Assembly: GCA_963842085.1 (NCBI GenBank)
Contig: CAWJET010000001.1
Span: 1,696,001 to 1,760,000, forward strand
From: an uncultured delta proteobacterium
GTDB taxonomy: Bacteria; Desulfobacterota; Binatia; Binatales; Binataceae
DNA length: 64,000 nucleotides
Reading direction: 5' to 3'
Shown here piece by piece: positions 50,280 to 60,486 of the stretch. Every line of letters starts with the position of its first letter. Position 1 is the stretch's first letter. The notes beneath the pieces are model-generated. The model did no database searches. It had not been told where the DNA came from and saw only the letters and a program-made list of their open reading frames with translations. A program made the translations under genes and the position numbers.

Positions 50280-52727
50280 ATGGCTGTTCCTCCACTTTCC
50301 GAAGTTAATCGCAACCTGTTCAACAAGCTCATCGATCACCACATCCGTTTCTCGCTGGCCAAGCTGCGGATCGACTTGTCGAAGCATGACTGGTACCGCG
50401 CGACAGCGCTGGTGGTGCGCGACATGCTGGTCGAGAAGATGCTGGCGACGCGGTTGCGCTTCGATCGCAACAACTCGAAGAAGCTCTATTACCTGTCGCT
50501 GGAATTTCTGATCGGCCGCTCGCTGGAAAACAATCTCTTCAACCTCGGCATCATCGACACCTGCCGCGATTTCCTGGCCGAGAACGGAATTGACCTGCAA
50601 ATGCTGTTCGATGAGGAGCCCGACGCGGCGCTGGGCAACGGTGGCCTGGGCCGGCTGGCCGCATGTTTTCTTGACTCGCTGGCAATGCTCGATCTGCCGG
50701 GTTATGCGTATGGGATCAACTACGAATACGGACTGTTCCGCCAGGAGATTCGCGGCGGCTACCAGGTCGAGCGGCCCGACGCGTGGCAGCGCGAAACATC
50801 GCCATGGCTGGTGCCGCGCCCGGAGCAGTCGTGCATAATTCGGGTCTACGGGCGCATCGAGCACCGCATCGACAAATACGGCGAATACAATCCGGCCTGG
50901 GTCGATTGGCGCGTGCTGGTCGGCGTGCCGTCCGATCTGGCGATCGCGGGATTTGGCGGACGCACGGTGAACTTTGTGCGCCTGTATTCGGCCGGTGCGT
51001 CGGATGAATTCGACATGCAGATCTTCAACGCCGGCGACTACATGAAGGCCGTCGAGCAGAAGATGCTTTCCGAAACCATCTCGAAAGTGCTGTACCCGTC
51101 CGACGCGGTGGCGGCGGGCCGCGAACTCCGGCTGCTGCAGGAATACTTCTTCGTGGCCTGCGCGGTGCAGGACATAGTACAGGGATTCGTCGCTCGCGGT
51201 GAAGATTTTAGTGATTTTTCGTCGCAAGTGGCTATTCAACTCAATGATACTCATCCCGCATTGACTATTGCGGAGCTGATGCGCGTTTTTATCGACGAGT
51301 ACGACCTCGAGTGGGCGACGGCGTGGGAGATTACCCGCGCCACGGTCGCATATACTAATCACACCCTGCTGCCCGAAGCGCTGGAAAAGTGGCCGGTGAG
51401 CCTGCTCGAACGAGTCGTGCCGCGCCATCTGCAGATCATCTATGAGATCAACCGGCGCTTTCTGGCCGACGCGGGCACGGTCTGGCGCGACGATCCGGAA
51501 CGCCTCAAGCGCGTGTCGATCGTCCAGGAGGGCTACGAAGCCCAGGTCCGCATGGCGCACCTTGCGATCGTCGGCAGCCATTCGGTCAACGGCGTGTCGA
51601 AGTTGCACACCGAACTCATCAAGACGCGGCTGGTGCCCGACTTTTATCAACTATGGCCCGAAAGGTTCAGCAACAAGACCAACGGCGTCACGCAACGGCG
51701 ATGGCTGCTGATGGCAAATCCGGGCCTCGCCAGCCTGCTCGACGCGACGATCGGCGTGGGATGGGCGACAGACCTCGCACAGTTGAGCGCGGTTGAAAAG
51801 TTCGCGGACGACGCCGAGTTTCAGCGCCGCTTCAGGGCGATCAAGCGCACCAACAAGGAGCGGCTGGCCAGGATCGTGAATCGGTTTGCCGCCGTGGACG
51901 TCGATCCCGCCGCGATGTTCGACATCCAGGCCAAGCGTATCCACGAATACAAGCGTCAACTCCTGATGGCGCTGGGAATCGTGCATCAGTACCTGCGGCT
52001 GGTCGAGGACGGCGTCGAACCGCCGGCGCCGCGCACGTACCTGCTCGCCGGCAAGGCCGCGCCGGGCTACTGGGCGGCGAAGATGATCATCAAGTTGATC
52101 AACAGCCTCGGCGCGGTGATCAACAACGACCCGAAGACGCGCGAATTGATCAAGGTCGCCTTCCTGCCGGATTACCGGGTCTCGCTCGCGGAAAAAATAA
52201 TTCCAGCCGCCGACGTTTCCGAACAGATCTCCACCGCCGGCCGCGAAGCGTCGGGCACCGGCAACATGAAGTTCGCAATGAACGGCGCGCTGACGGTGGG
52301 GACTCTCGATGGCGCGAATATCGAGATTCGAGAAGCCGTCGGCGCGGAGAATATATTCATCTTCGGCCTGACCGCCGGCCAGATCGAGGAATTAGCCTCA
52401 AACGGTGCGTACCGGCCGCGCGACTACTACGAGGCTGACCCGCGACTCAAGCGGGTGCTCGATGAGTTGGCGTCCGATCGCTTTTGTCCCGCCGAGCCGG
52501 GCCTGTTCAGATGGGTTCGCGACGTGCTGGTCGGCCGCGATGACTACTTCCTGATGGCGGATTTCGGATCCTATATCGATATCCAGTCGAAGGTATTGAC
52601 TGAGTATCAACATCCGGAGGTCTGGACGCGAAAGGCTATACTCAATCTGGCGCGCATTGGTGCATTCTCGAGCGATCGCGCGGTGACGGAATACGCTCGC
52701 GAGATATGGCACCTCGCCCAGTCATGA
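50280..52727 (+). CDS. glgP: Glycogen/alpha-glucan phosphorylase
   Basis: YLSLEFLIGR, LGNGGLGRLAACFLDS, QLNDTHP, KTNGVTQRRW, KRIHEYKRQ, EASGTGNMK (PLP lysine). Confidence 0.97.
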   Translation: MAVPPLSEVNRNLFNKLIDHHIRFSLAKLRIDLSKHDWYRATALVVRDMLVEKMLATRLRFDRNNSKKLYYLSLEFLIGRSLENNLFNLGIIDTCRDFLAENGIDLQMLFDEEPDAALGNGGLGRLAACFLDSLAMLDLPGYAYGINYEYGLFRQEIRGGYQVERPDAWQRETSPWLVPRPEQSCIIRVYGRIEHRIDKYGEYNPAWVDWRVLVGVPSDLAIAGFGGRTVNFVRLYSAGASDEFDMQIFNAGDYMKAVEQKMLSETISKVLYPSDAVAAGRELRLLQEYFFVACAVQDIVQGFVARGEDFSDFSSQVAIQLNDTHPALTIAELMRVFIDEYDLEWATAWEITRATVAYTNHTLLPEALEKWPVSLLERVVPRHLQIIYEINRRFLADAGTVWRDDPERLKRVSIVQEGYEAQVRMAHLAIVGSHSVNGVSKLHTELIKTRLVPDFYQLWPERFSNKTNGVTQRRWLLMANPGLASLLDATIGVGWATDLAQLSAVEKFADDAEFQRRFRAIKRTNKERLARIVNRFAAVDVDPAAMFDIQAKRIHEYKRQLLMALGIVHQYLRLVEDGVEPPAPRTYLLAGKAAPGYWAAKMIIKLINSLGAVINNDPKTRELIKVAFLPDYRVSLAEKIIPAADVSEQISTAGREASGTGNMKFAMNGALTVGTLDGANIEIREAVGAENIFIFGLTAGQIEELASNGAYRPRDYYEADPRLKRVLDELASDRFCPAEPGLFRWVRDVLVGRDDYFLMADFGSYIDIQSKVLTEYQHPEVWTRKAILNLARIGAFSSDRAVTEYAREIWHLAQS

Positions 52728-52752
52728 TTTGACCGGCGGTGCCCGAGAGAGA

Positions 52753-53103
52753 TCAAAGATCGCCGGCGCGACGTAATTTTTCGGAGACTTCCTTCATCAC
52801 TATCTGAGGCAGCCGGCCGAGCGGCCGCAGCAGCCGGCGTCGATCGACCGCCCGCGACTGATCGATCATCACCTCGCACGCGTGGGCGTTGCCGGCCATC
52901 CTCTTCGGCAGCTCCACACGCAGGACGTTCTCTCCGGCCAGCCGGGTTGTGCATGGAAGGATCCACGTACTGGGATGGTCCGTCTCATTCAGGAGGTCCG
53001 ATTGCACCACGACGACCGGCCGGACCTTTCCCGGTTCGCTACCACGGCGCGGATTCAGGTCCGCCGCCCAGAGCTCGCCTCTCCGCGGTAAGCGGTCAAG
53101 CAT
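52753..53103 (-). CDS. PemK/MazF-family toxin
   Basis: RRGELWAADLNPRRGSEPGKVRPVVVVQSD, IDQSRAVD. Confidence 0.92.
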   Translation of the reverse strand: MLDRLPRRGELWAADLNPRRGSEPGKVRPVVVVQSDLLNETDHPSTWILPCTTRLAGENVLRVELPKRMAGNAHACEVMIDQSRAVDRRRLLRPLGRLPQIVMKEVSEKLRRAGDL

Positions 53104-53356
53104 CTTCGAGGCCGTCGCCCGCCAACTGATCGAGTTGCTCCACAGCCTCGAGAGCGGAGGACCGCACGCGCGCCGAAGCCTCCCTGAATTGCCGGCGCAG
53201 TTCCTCTCGGGAGACGGATTCTTCCAGCAGCTTCAGCGAGCGGCGAATAACTTCCGTATTGGACCGGACCTTGAGCAGCCGGCGCAATCGCCGGACCTGT
53301 GCATGCTCCGCCGCGGGCAAGGTAAACGACGACTTCCGAACGGCATTAGACTTCAT
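53096..53356 (-). CDS. Putative ribbon-helix-helix antitoxin
   Basis: Small ORF directly upstream of and overlapping the toxin. Strand-helix-helix pattern (KSSFTL...SNTEVIRRSL) and an acidic tail. Confidence 0.72.
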   Translation of the reverse strand: MKSNAVRKSSFTLPAAEHAQVRRLRRLLKVRSNTEVIRRSLKLLEESVSREELRRQFREASARVRSSALEAVEQLDQLAGDGLEDA

Positions 53357-53419
53357 GCTTATTTCATACCTCAAGCGAATCTCGGGGCGCAAACGGATAC
53401 CGACACGCGGCGAGGTGCG

Positions 53420-55018
53420 TCATTCGATGACCGCTTCGGCCGGCTCGGGCACGCCGGTTTTCGGCAAAAGGAATAGAAACGGCAAAACCACTACCAACAG
53501 CACCGCCATCAGCCAGAAACAATCGTTGTAGGCCATCATCGTCGCCTGATGATTCACAACTTGATCGAGCATCGCGAGGTCCGGGCGTTGCCCAGCCATC
53601 GCAGCGACTCCATGACTTCCCAGAAAACTCTGAAACTGGGCGTCGGTCGCGCGGAACGCGGGATTGGTGCCGCGCACTGCGCCGACCAGCTCCGAGTGAT
53701 GAACCTGCGAGCGTCGCGCGAGCAGCGTCGCGAGCGTCGCGTAAGCGACATTGCCGGAAACGCGCCGCGAGAGCGTGTACAGGCTTGATGCGCCAGTCAT
53801 CTGCGAGCGTGGCATGGTGCTCAGCGAGACCGTGCTCATCGTCACCATCGAAGCGCCCATCCCGATTCCCGTCATCACCAGAATCGGCAGAAAGTTGAAG
53901 AACCCGACGTCGAGCGTGAAATGACCGAGCTTCCAGTAACCCACGACCAGGGCGACAATCCCCGCGCCGATCAGGGTCCGCGGACTAATGAGATTGTAGA
54001 GACGTCCGACTATCGGCATCGTCAACAACATCGCGACCGCGCGTGGCATGAGGACCATTCCGGCCTGATACGCCGGGTAGTTGAGCAGGTTCTCAGTGAA
54101 TTGCGGCAGCAGAAAACTCGATCCAAAAAGTGCAAAGCCAACCATCATCCCGAGCCCCGAGCCCACGCTCAGCGGTACGTTGCGAAACAGCCGCAGGTTC
54201 ATTATCGGCTCGTCAGAGTGGAGTTCCCACGTAACCAGCGCCAGAAGGGCGATCACTGTGACCACCGAGCCCGCCACGATCCAGTTGTTGGAAAACCAGT
54301 CCACATCCTGACCGCGTTCGAGGACAACTTGCATCGTGGTGAGGCCCACAGTCAGCAGGCCGATCCCGGTCCAGTCGACGTTGGCGACGCCGCGCTTCAA
54401 GTACGGCGGGTCGGTCACGAACGCGCTCACCATCAGCAAGCCGACGACGCAGAATGGAACATTGATGTAAAAGACCCACTGCCAGCCATAGTTGTCGACC
54501 AGCCATCCTCCAATCACCGGACCGATCGCCGGGGCCAGCACGACGCCCATGCTGTAAATCGCCATCGCCATGCCCTGTTCGGCAGGAGGAAAGGTCTCGC
54601 GCGCGATTGCCTGCGAGCATGGCATCAGGCTCCCGCCGCCGATCCCCTGCAGAACGCGATAGGTTATCATTTGGGTGAAGGTCTTCGAGGTTCCCGCCAG
54701 GACCGAACCCAGCGTGAATACGATCATCGAGGCAAGGAACAGGCGCTTGCGGCCGAGCAGCGTGGTGCACCACGCCGACATCGTGATCATTATGATTTCG
54801 GCAATGCTGTAGGCGGTCGAGACCCAGGTGATGGTGAGCAGGTCCTGGCCGAAGCTGCCCATCATGTGCGGCAGCGCGACGTTCACGACCGTCGCGTCCA
54901 TGACCGACAGGAAGGTGCCGATCATCACTGACGCCGCTACCAGCCACTTGCCGGCCGGTATCGGTTCGCCGCCGACGCTCGCTGCCTGGAGCGGTACTCG
55001 TGCAATCGGATTTGCCAC
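53420..55018 (-). CDS. DHA2-family (EmrB/QacA) MFS efflux transporter
   Basis: MDATVVNVALP, WVSTAY, LGRKR, APAIGPVIGGWLVD, WQWVFYINVP. Start is approximate. Confidence 0.92.
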   Translation of the reverse strand: MANPIARVPLQAASVGGEPIPAGKWLVAASVMIGTFLSVMDATVVNVALPHMMGSFGQDLLTITWVSTAYSIAEIIMITMSAWCTTLLGRKRLFLASMIVFTLGSVLAGTSKTFTQMITYRVLQGIGGGSLMPCSQAIARETFPPAEQGMAMAIYSMGVVLAPAIGPVIGGWLVDNYGWQWVFYINVPFCVVGLLMVSAFVTDPPYLKRGVANVDWTGIGLLTVGLTTMQVVLERGQDVDWFSNNWIVAGSVVTVIALLALVTWELHSDEPIMNLRLFRNVPLSVGSGLGMMVGFALFGSSFLLPQFTENLLNYPAYQAGMVLMPRAVAMLLTMPIVGRLYNLISPRTLIGAGIVALVVGYWKLGHFTLDVGFFNFLPILVMTGIGMGASMVTMSTVSLSTMPRSQMTGASSLYTLSRRVSGNVAYATLATLLARRSQVHHSELVGAVRGTNPAFRATDAQFQSFLGSHGVAAMAGQRPDLAMLDQVVNHQATMMAYNDCFWLMAVLLVVVLPFLFLLPKTGVPEPAEAVIE

Positions 55019-55078
55019 AGAGAGCCCTTTCCGATCGCTACCGCATGCCGCCAAACACCGCAAGCACGGACCCGTGGC

Positions 55079-55205
55079 CTAGCAGGTTGCGGAAAAAGGG
55101 TTTTTGACTCCTGATGACATTGATCCAAGACGCATTCTCGTGATCGTAGTAATGCTTACTCTTCGCCGAAATCGTCTTTCATTGAGTTTTTCCGCAACCT
55201 GCTAG
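55079..55205. mobile_element. 127-bp MITE-like element with perfect 19-bp terminal inverted repeats
   Basis: CTAGCAGGTTGCGGAAAAA (55079-55097) and TTTTTCCGCAACCTGCTAG (55187-55205). CTAG at both ends; no ORF inside. Confidence 0.75.
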
Positions 55206-55442
55206 AGCGTTGGAAACCAACCCATTAGTCACTCGGAAAATTATTTTAGCCAATCTAACGACTCATGCGCGCGGCGTACCACAGCTACCACTGAATAGAC
55301 CCGATCGACGTGAATAATCGATCGCGGGCGAAGCGTCTAATTTAATAGACAAACCATAAAACCGTCCGGCCTTGGGACGTGACCGAGCGGCACTTAAAAA
55401 ATTTCAACTGCGGCGCGCGTCGTCTCCACCGCGAGCCACGCA

Positions 55443-56132
55443 ATGGAGGTTTTTATGCTAAGGCCAGGCAGGGACAAAGGTCTCGCTACGCCGATTCCAC
55501 TCGGCCTGGCGGGCCTGGCGACTTCCACCTTTCTGATTGGAGTCGCGATGATTTTCCAGTCGCGCGCATCGTTGGGTCCGTATGTGACCCAGGCGATCAT
55601 GTTCGGCGGATTGGCTGAGATTCTCGCCGGAATGTGGGCGTTTCCGTACGGTGATCCGATCGCGGCCACCTCGTTTACGTTTCTTGGTACTTTCTTCGTA
55701 TGGTGGGCGCTTTCGCACATGACCGTTTTCGGAGTTCATGCCGATACCGTCGCCGCGGTAAACAGCATGGCGATGGTGTTCATCGTCACGGGCGTGGTGA
55801 CGCTGTGTATGTGGATCGCGTCCTTCTATGAGTACGCGGTGTTCAATCTGGTCTTGTTGTTCCTCTGGATCGGACTCGGTCTCGCCGGAGTCGGAATGTT
55901 TACCGGAGCGGCCGCACTGGGCGTTCTCGGTGGCATCTCGTTGGCGGTTTCGGGTCTGTTCGGCGGCTACGCCTCATTTGCCGAGGTGTACAATGCGACC
56001 AGCCTCCAGGAGGTCGTGCCGATTGGCGAGTCCAAGGCGGTGCGCGAGCGGGTTGAGCATGATGAGCACGAGCGGATTCGCCGGCTTCACGCTACCAATG
56101 GCGAGTCTCATTCATCCAGCTTGAGCGCCTAG
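55443..56132 (+). CDS. GPR1/FUN34/YaaH (SatP) family acetate/succinate channel
   Basis: LATPIPLGLAG, FGGLAEILAGMWAF, ATSFTFLGTFF, YASFAEVYN. About six TM segments. Confidence 0.82.
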   Translation: MEVFMLRPGRDKGLATPIPLGLAGLATSTFLIGVAMIFQSRASLGPYVTQAIMFGGLAEILAGMWAFPYGDPIAATSFTFLGTFFVWWALSHMTVFGVHADTVAAVNSMAMVFIVTGVVTLCMWIASFYEYAVFNLVLLFLWIGLGLAGVGMFTGAAALGVLGGISLAVSGLFGGYASFAEVYNATSLQEVVPIGESKAVRERVEHDEHERIRRLHATNGESHSSSLSA

Positions 56133-56197
56133 GTTCACCGCCGCGTTCTAACGTGCGGCCTCAGCCACCTCGGGCGCCAGTCTGACAGAGCTTCACA

Positions 56198-56234
56198 GGC
56201 GAGCAGCAGAGTCCTTTTGAGTATGCTGCTCGCC
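56198..56234. terminator. Stable hairpin downstream of the SatP-like gene
   Basis: GGCGAGCAGCA-N15-TGCTGCTCGCC, an 11-bp stem with no U-tract. Confidence 0.4.
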
Positions 56235-56331
56235 GCCTAACAGGTCAGCGTTTCCTTCGCCTGAAATGGGATACCCGGCTTCAGAGTGAAACCCTGAAGG
56301 CGATCGCGCGTCCTATCTATAGGATAGAAAG

Positions 56332-56640
56332 ATGAGGAAAAATCTTGTGATGGGTCTTGGTGGTCTCGCAGCAATCGTGGCCGATTACGTCGTTGTAGCG
56401 TCAATCGTAGGTCTGCTGCTGCTCACTCGGTGGATTGGAGTCGGCTGGACTTTGGATGTTCTGACGGTTTTGCTCATCAGCTATGGAATCGTTGCCTGGT
56501 TCTATGGCAAGCGGTTCAGTGCATTCTTGAACCGTCAAGATGACATGCGTTCAGATTCGATCGCCGTCAGGAATCCTGATCGGCGCGCGTCAATCAAGGC
56601 CACAACTGCCGTACGGTCCCGAGGATCGGGTTCCCGCTGA
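56332..56640 (+). CDS. Small hypothetical membrane protein
   Basis: AGGA RBS and two hydrophobic helices. Confidence 0.45.
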   Translation: MRKNLVMGLGGLAAIVADYVVVASIVGLLLLTRWIGVGWTLDVLTVLLISYGIVAWFYGKRFSAFLNRQDDMRSDSIAVRNPDRRASIKATTAVRSRGSGSR

Positions 56641-56764
56641 GCCGATCCGAATTGGCAAGCTGGAAAAGCTGTCGGCCGCTGCGTATCATCGGACGCCAGA
56701 TTTTCAGCGCACGAACACGATATTCGGATCGGAGAGCAGTATCTCTGCGGCCACCGAGCCTGTC

Positions 56765-57328
56765 ATGACCGTCGAACACCGGATCGACCTCAAGTGCCAT
56801 CCGTCGACACGCCCCGACGCGGTGCGCACCATCGAGGTGCTCGTACGCCGGTTGACCAGCGCTGAACTCCAGATGACCTTCTGCCTCGACGGAGACATTT
56901 CCCGAATCCGGATCCCTTCGCCGGGCGCGCCGCGTATCAATACACAGCTCTGGCGCCACACCTGCTTCGAGGCCTTCATCGCGGTGGAAGGGCAAGCGGC
57001 GTACCACGAGTTCAACTTCGCGCCGTCGGGGGAGTGGGCCCTCTACGCCTTCAGCGGCTATCGCAACGGCGGTCCCGTTGCGAACGAAACGACGCGCCCG
57101 CACATTGCCGTCCGCTCAACCGACAGTCGGCTTGAGCTTGACGCCCTTGTCAGACTCGATAGCTTGTCGGCCATCCACCCACGAGCTTCGCTGCGTATCG
57201 GGCTCTCGGCGGTCATCGAGGCGAGCGATGGACTTTCGTACTGGGCCCTTCGTCATCGGGCAGACAAACCGGATTTTCATGACGCCGATGGATTCGCGCT
57301 GCTGCTTGAGCCGCCGAAATTCCGATGA
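56765..57328 (+). CDS. DOMON-like domain protein
   Basis: LWRHTCFEAF, YHEFNFAPSGEWA-YAF-GYR, GLSAVIE...SYWAL-H...PDFH. Confidence 0.78.
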   Translation: MTVEHRIDLKCHPSTRPDAVRTIEVLVRRLTSAELQMTFCLDGDISRIRIPSPGAPRINTQLWRHTCFEAFIAVEGQAAYHEFNFAPSGEWALYAFSGYRNGGPVANETTRPHIAVRSTDSRLELDALVRLDSLSAIHPRASLRIGLSAVIEASDGLSYWALRHRADKPDFHDADGFALLLEPPKFR

Positions 57329-58053
57329 AGCACGCGCAACCACGAGGTCTCAGCCGGCGGCGCGTCGAGCGGCTTCTATCGCAAACGAAGCATGACCATT
57401 CCGCCGCTCGCCGAATTAACGTTCTCTCCCGCCGTTTCCTTGGACATCCCTACAAACCAAATCCGCTGATTGGCTCGGCCGACACCGCCGAAGTGTTCAC
57501 GGCGTCTCTCGACGGATTCGACTGTGTCACCTACATCGAAACCGTTTTGGCCCTCGCCCGCGCTTCCAATGTAGATGACTTCACCGAGTGGCTGCGAAAG
57601 ATTCGGTATGAGCGAGGTCGCATTCAATGGGAACGGCGGAATCACTACATGACGCTCTGGATTCGCAACAATCTCCGCCAAGGGATAATCAGGCCGGTTT
57701 CAATGCCGGCGGTCCCCACGCTCAGCCGGGAACGCGTTCTGGATGTTGTACCGGGACTCGCTCCACAGCGGACGCGCGTGAAATGTGTCCCGAAGCCGGG
57801 ATTGCCACGGCTCGAACGATATTTGCAAACCGGCGACCTGATTTTTTTTGCGTCGACGCGCAAGCATCTCGACGTCTTTCATGCTGGGATCATCGTGCGC
57901 GACGGCAGAAAAGTTTTCATGCGTCATGCGTCGCGCAGCCGGGGCTTGGTCGTGGAACAGAAATTGAGCGAATTTCTCAAGGCCAATCGGATGGCCGGCG
58001 TCATCGTCGTGCGGCCGCAGCCGGTGACGCGACGCATCGCGGTTGGCAGCTAA
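57325..58053 (+). CDS. DUF1460 / AmiA-like NlpC/P60 N-acetylmuramoyl-L-alanine amidase-like protein
   Basis: FLGHPY, FDCVTYIETVLAL (catalytic Cys), IRY..G, RNHY, GDLI, LDVFHAGI, HAS. ATGA overlap with the previous gene. Confidence 0.85.
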   Translation: MKHAQPRGLSRRRVERLLSQTKHDHSAARRINVLSRRFLGHPYKPNPLIGSADTAEVFTASLDGFDCVTYIETVLALARASNVDDFTEWLRKIRYERGRIQWERRNHYMTLWIRNNLRQGIIRPVSMPAVPTLSRERVLDVVPGLAPQRTRVKCVPKPGLPRLERYLQTGDLIFFASTRKHLDVFHAGIIVRDGRKVFMRHASRSRGLVVEQKLSEFLKANRMAGVIVVRPQPVTRRIAVGS

Positions 58054-58321
58054 GATGAGGGCTCTGGACCGTTACGGATTTCATCGGGGCTTGGGGTGAA
58101 CTCTTTCGCCTGATACCGACGCATTTGGCGTGCTACGCTCGCGTTATGGATAACTGCCAGGATGACCGATACTCGCGTGTCCCGCTCGCAGTTGGCTGCC
58201 GCCGGCTCCCGACAAAAAGAATTTTTGACGGAACGAAGCTACCGCTGGTGGTGGCTCCGTGTCAGAACCACAACAAGTGGTATAAAATCGCCATTCCGCC
58301 CGTATTCGGTCAGTCATAATC

Positions 58322-59596
58322 GTGAACATCGTCTATCCAGAGCACTACTCCACCGCCAACATTCAGCGACTCCTCGACGCTGCCGATTCCGACGTTCTCT
58401 TTCTCGGTGACCGGCGTGTGAACATCGAACCCGGGCCGCGCATGTTCGGTCGAATGGCGCAGGTCATACGCGAAACCGGCGCCGGCTGGGTATATGCCGA
58501 CGCGGTAGGCCATCCTCGTATCGACTATCAACGCGGGAGCATCCGCGACGGTTTCGACTTTGGCCCGGTAGTCGGTGTGTCGGTTCAGGCCGCGCGTCAG
58601 TCAGGAATCGACAGCGCCTTGAAATGGGGAGCCTTATACGACCTGCGGTTAAGGATTTCGGAAAAACACCCCATCGTGCGGATTCCCGAACCGTTGTACA
58701 GCGCATCGATGATTGATGCGCGCCCGACGGGTCAAAAGCAATTCGATTATGTCGATCCGCGCAATCGCGATTATCAAATCGAAATGGAGCGCATCGCGAC
58801 GGCGCATCTCAAACGAATCGGCGCCTGGTTGAAGCCGCGCTTCGAGAACGTTCCCACTGCGGCGGAAACATTTCCAGTAAAAGCCAGCGTCGTCATCCCG
58901 GTTCGGAATCGCGAGCGGACAATCCTCGACGCCGTTCAAAGCGCCCTCGTCCAGCGCGCGGATTTCGAATTCAATGTGATCGTCGTCGATAACCATTCGA
59001 CCGATCGGACGACCGAAATCCTGCTCGGGATTGGCGACTCGCGGGTCAAGCACATCGTCCCCGAACGCCGGGACCTTGGCATCGGCGGATGCTGGAACGA
59101 GGCGATTTACTCCACGGACTGCGGACAATACGCCATCCAACTTGATTCTGACGACCTGTACGTCAACGACGGCGTCCTTCGCCGGATTGTTGCAGAACTT
59201 GAAGCTGGGCCTTATGCGATGGTCATAGGCTCCTATACGATGGTCGATTTTTCGTTGAAGGAGATACCGCCCGGTCTAATCGATCACCGCGAGTGGAGTC
59301 GCGAGAACGGAAGAAACAATGCACTCCGCATCAATGGTCTCGGCGCTCCGCGCGCGTTCAATACATCGGTTCTGCGCGGTATCGGATTTCCGAACGTCAG
59401 CTATGGCGAGGATTACGCCGTAGCGTTGCGCGTCAGCCGTGATTATGAGATCGGCCGGATCTACGAGTCCGTTTATCTTTGCCGCCGTTGGGAAGGCAAT
59501 AGCGACAGCGCCCTGCCGCTCGAGGTGGCGAATCGATACGACCAATATAAGGACTGGCTCCGAACGATCGAGATTCAGGCTCGAATGCGGCAATGA
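58322..59596 (+). CDS. Glycosyltransferase family 2 protein
   Basis: ASVVIPVRNRE, VVDNHSTD, QLDSDDLY (DxD), SYGEDY. Degenerate N-terminal half. Confidence 0.88.
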   Translation: MNIVYPEHYSTANIQRLLDAADSDVLFLGDRRVNIEPGPRMFGRMAQVIRETGAGWVYADAVGHPRIDYQRGSIRDGFDFGPVVGVSVQAARQSGIDSALKWGALYDLRLRISEKHPIVRIPEPLYSASMIDARPTGQKQFDYVDPRNRDYQIEMERIATAHLKRIGAWLKPRFENVPTAAETFPVKASVVIPVRNRERTILDAVQSALVQRADFEFNVIVVDNHSTDRTTEILLGIGDSRVKHIVPERRDLGIGGCWNEAIYSTDCGQYAIQLDSDDLYVNDGVLRRIVAELEAGPYAMVIGSYTMVDFSLKEIPPGLIDHREWSRENGRNNALRINGLGAPRAFNTSVLRGIGFPNVSYGEDYAVALRVSRDYEIGRIYESVYLCRRWEGNSDSALPLEVANRYDQYKDWLRTIEIQARMRQ

Positions 59597-60486
59597 TCGA
59601 CGCAATAGAAGAACTGTTCAAACGGCAGGCGCGGGCATGGCCGCAGCTCGCGAAAGGCGTTGACGGCCTGGCGCGCGCGAAGACTCGGCCGGTCCGGCTC
59701 GATTGGTTCGACATCTTCATCCGTCACATTCCCCATCGTATGGGTAGCACAACGGCGTCGGTCGACCGCGAGTCGATTGCCAAACGCCCCTGCTTCCTGT
59801 GTGCGGCGAATCTACCTTCGGAGGAAGAGGGTCTGCAGTTCGATGAGAACTTCACGCTCTACTGCAATCCGTTTCCAATCGTGGATCATCACCTCACGAT
59901 CGCTCACAGAGAACACGTCTTGCAGCGCATCGCCAACCAGTTCGGAAATATGCTCGACCTTGCTGCCGCCCTCGCCGGATGTTTCGTCATATATAACGGT
60001 CCGGAGTGCGGAGCATCCGCGCCAGACCACATGCACTTTCAGGCAGGCTCGCGAAGATTGTTTCCGATCGAGAAGGACACCGCTCGACTGACTGGCGTCA
60101 CCGTGCCGAATTACGGGAGAAATGTGTTTCTGTTTCGCGGACGGGATCGATCTGCTTTGATCGGTCGAATGGATCGTGCGATCGATCTGCTCGCCGAAAC
60201 GACGGGCAAACCGGCGGAACCTCTGATCAACATCGCGGTTTTTTGTGAGAGAGGGGAGTGGGTCACATTTCTGTTTCCGCGAGGAAAACATCGGCCGCAG
60301 GTCTTCTATACGGGCGAACTTACGGTCAGTCCGGCATCGATTGATTTGTGCGGAATATTTGTTGTGCCGCTGGCGCACGATTTCGAACGAATCACCGGTG
60401 ACGCCGTCGCCGCAATTTTTCGAGAGATCACTTTGCCTGACGATCAGTTTCAGCAAGTCGCCCGTAAGCTGGAGAGTGAGCGTTGA
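59593..60486 (+). CDS. DUF4922-family protein (HIT/GalT-like nucleotide phosphorylase fold)
   Basis: RPCFLC, NPFPI..HLTI, YNGPECGASAPDHMHFQAG (HxHxQ). Coupled to the GT2 stop. Confidence 0.82.
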   Translation: MIDAIEELFKRQARAWPQLAKGVDGLARAKTRPVRLDWFDIFIRHIPHRMGSTTASVDRESIAKRPCFLCAANLPSEEEGLQFDENFTLYCNPFPIVDHHLTIAHREHVLQRIANQFGNMLDLAAALAGCFVIYNGPECGASAPDHMHFQAGSRRLFPIEKDTARLTGVTVPNYGRNVFLFRGRDRSALIGRMDRAIDLLAETTGKPAEPLINIAVFCERGEWVTFLFPRGKHRPQVFYTGELTVSPASIDLCGIFVVPLAHDFERITGDAVAAIFREITLPDDQFQQVARKLESER

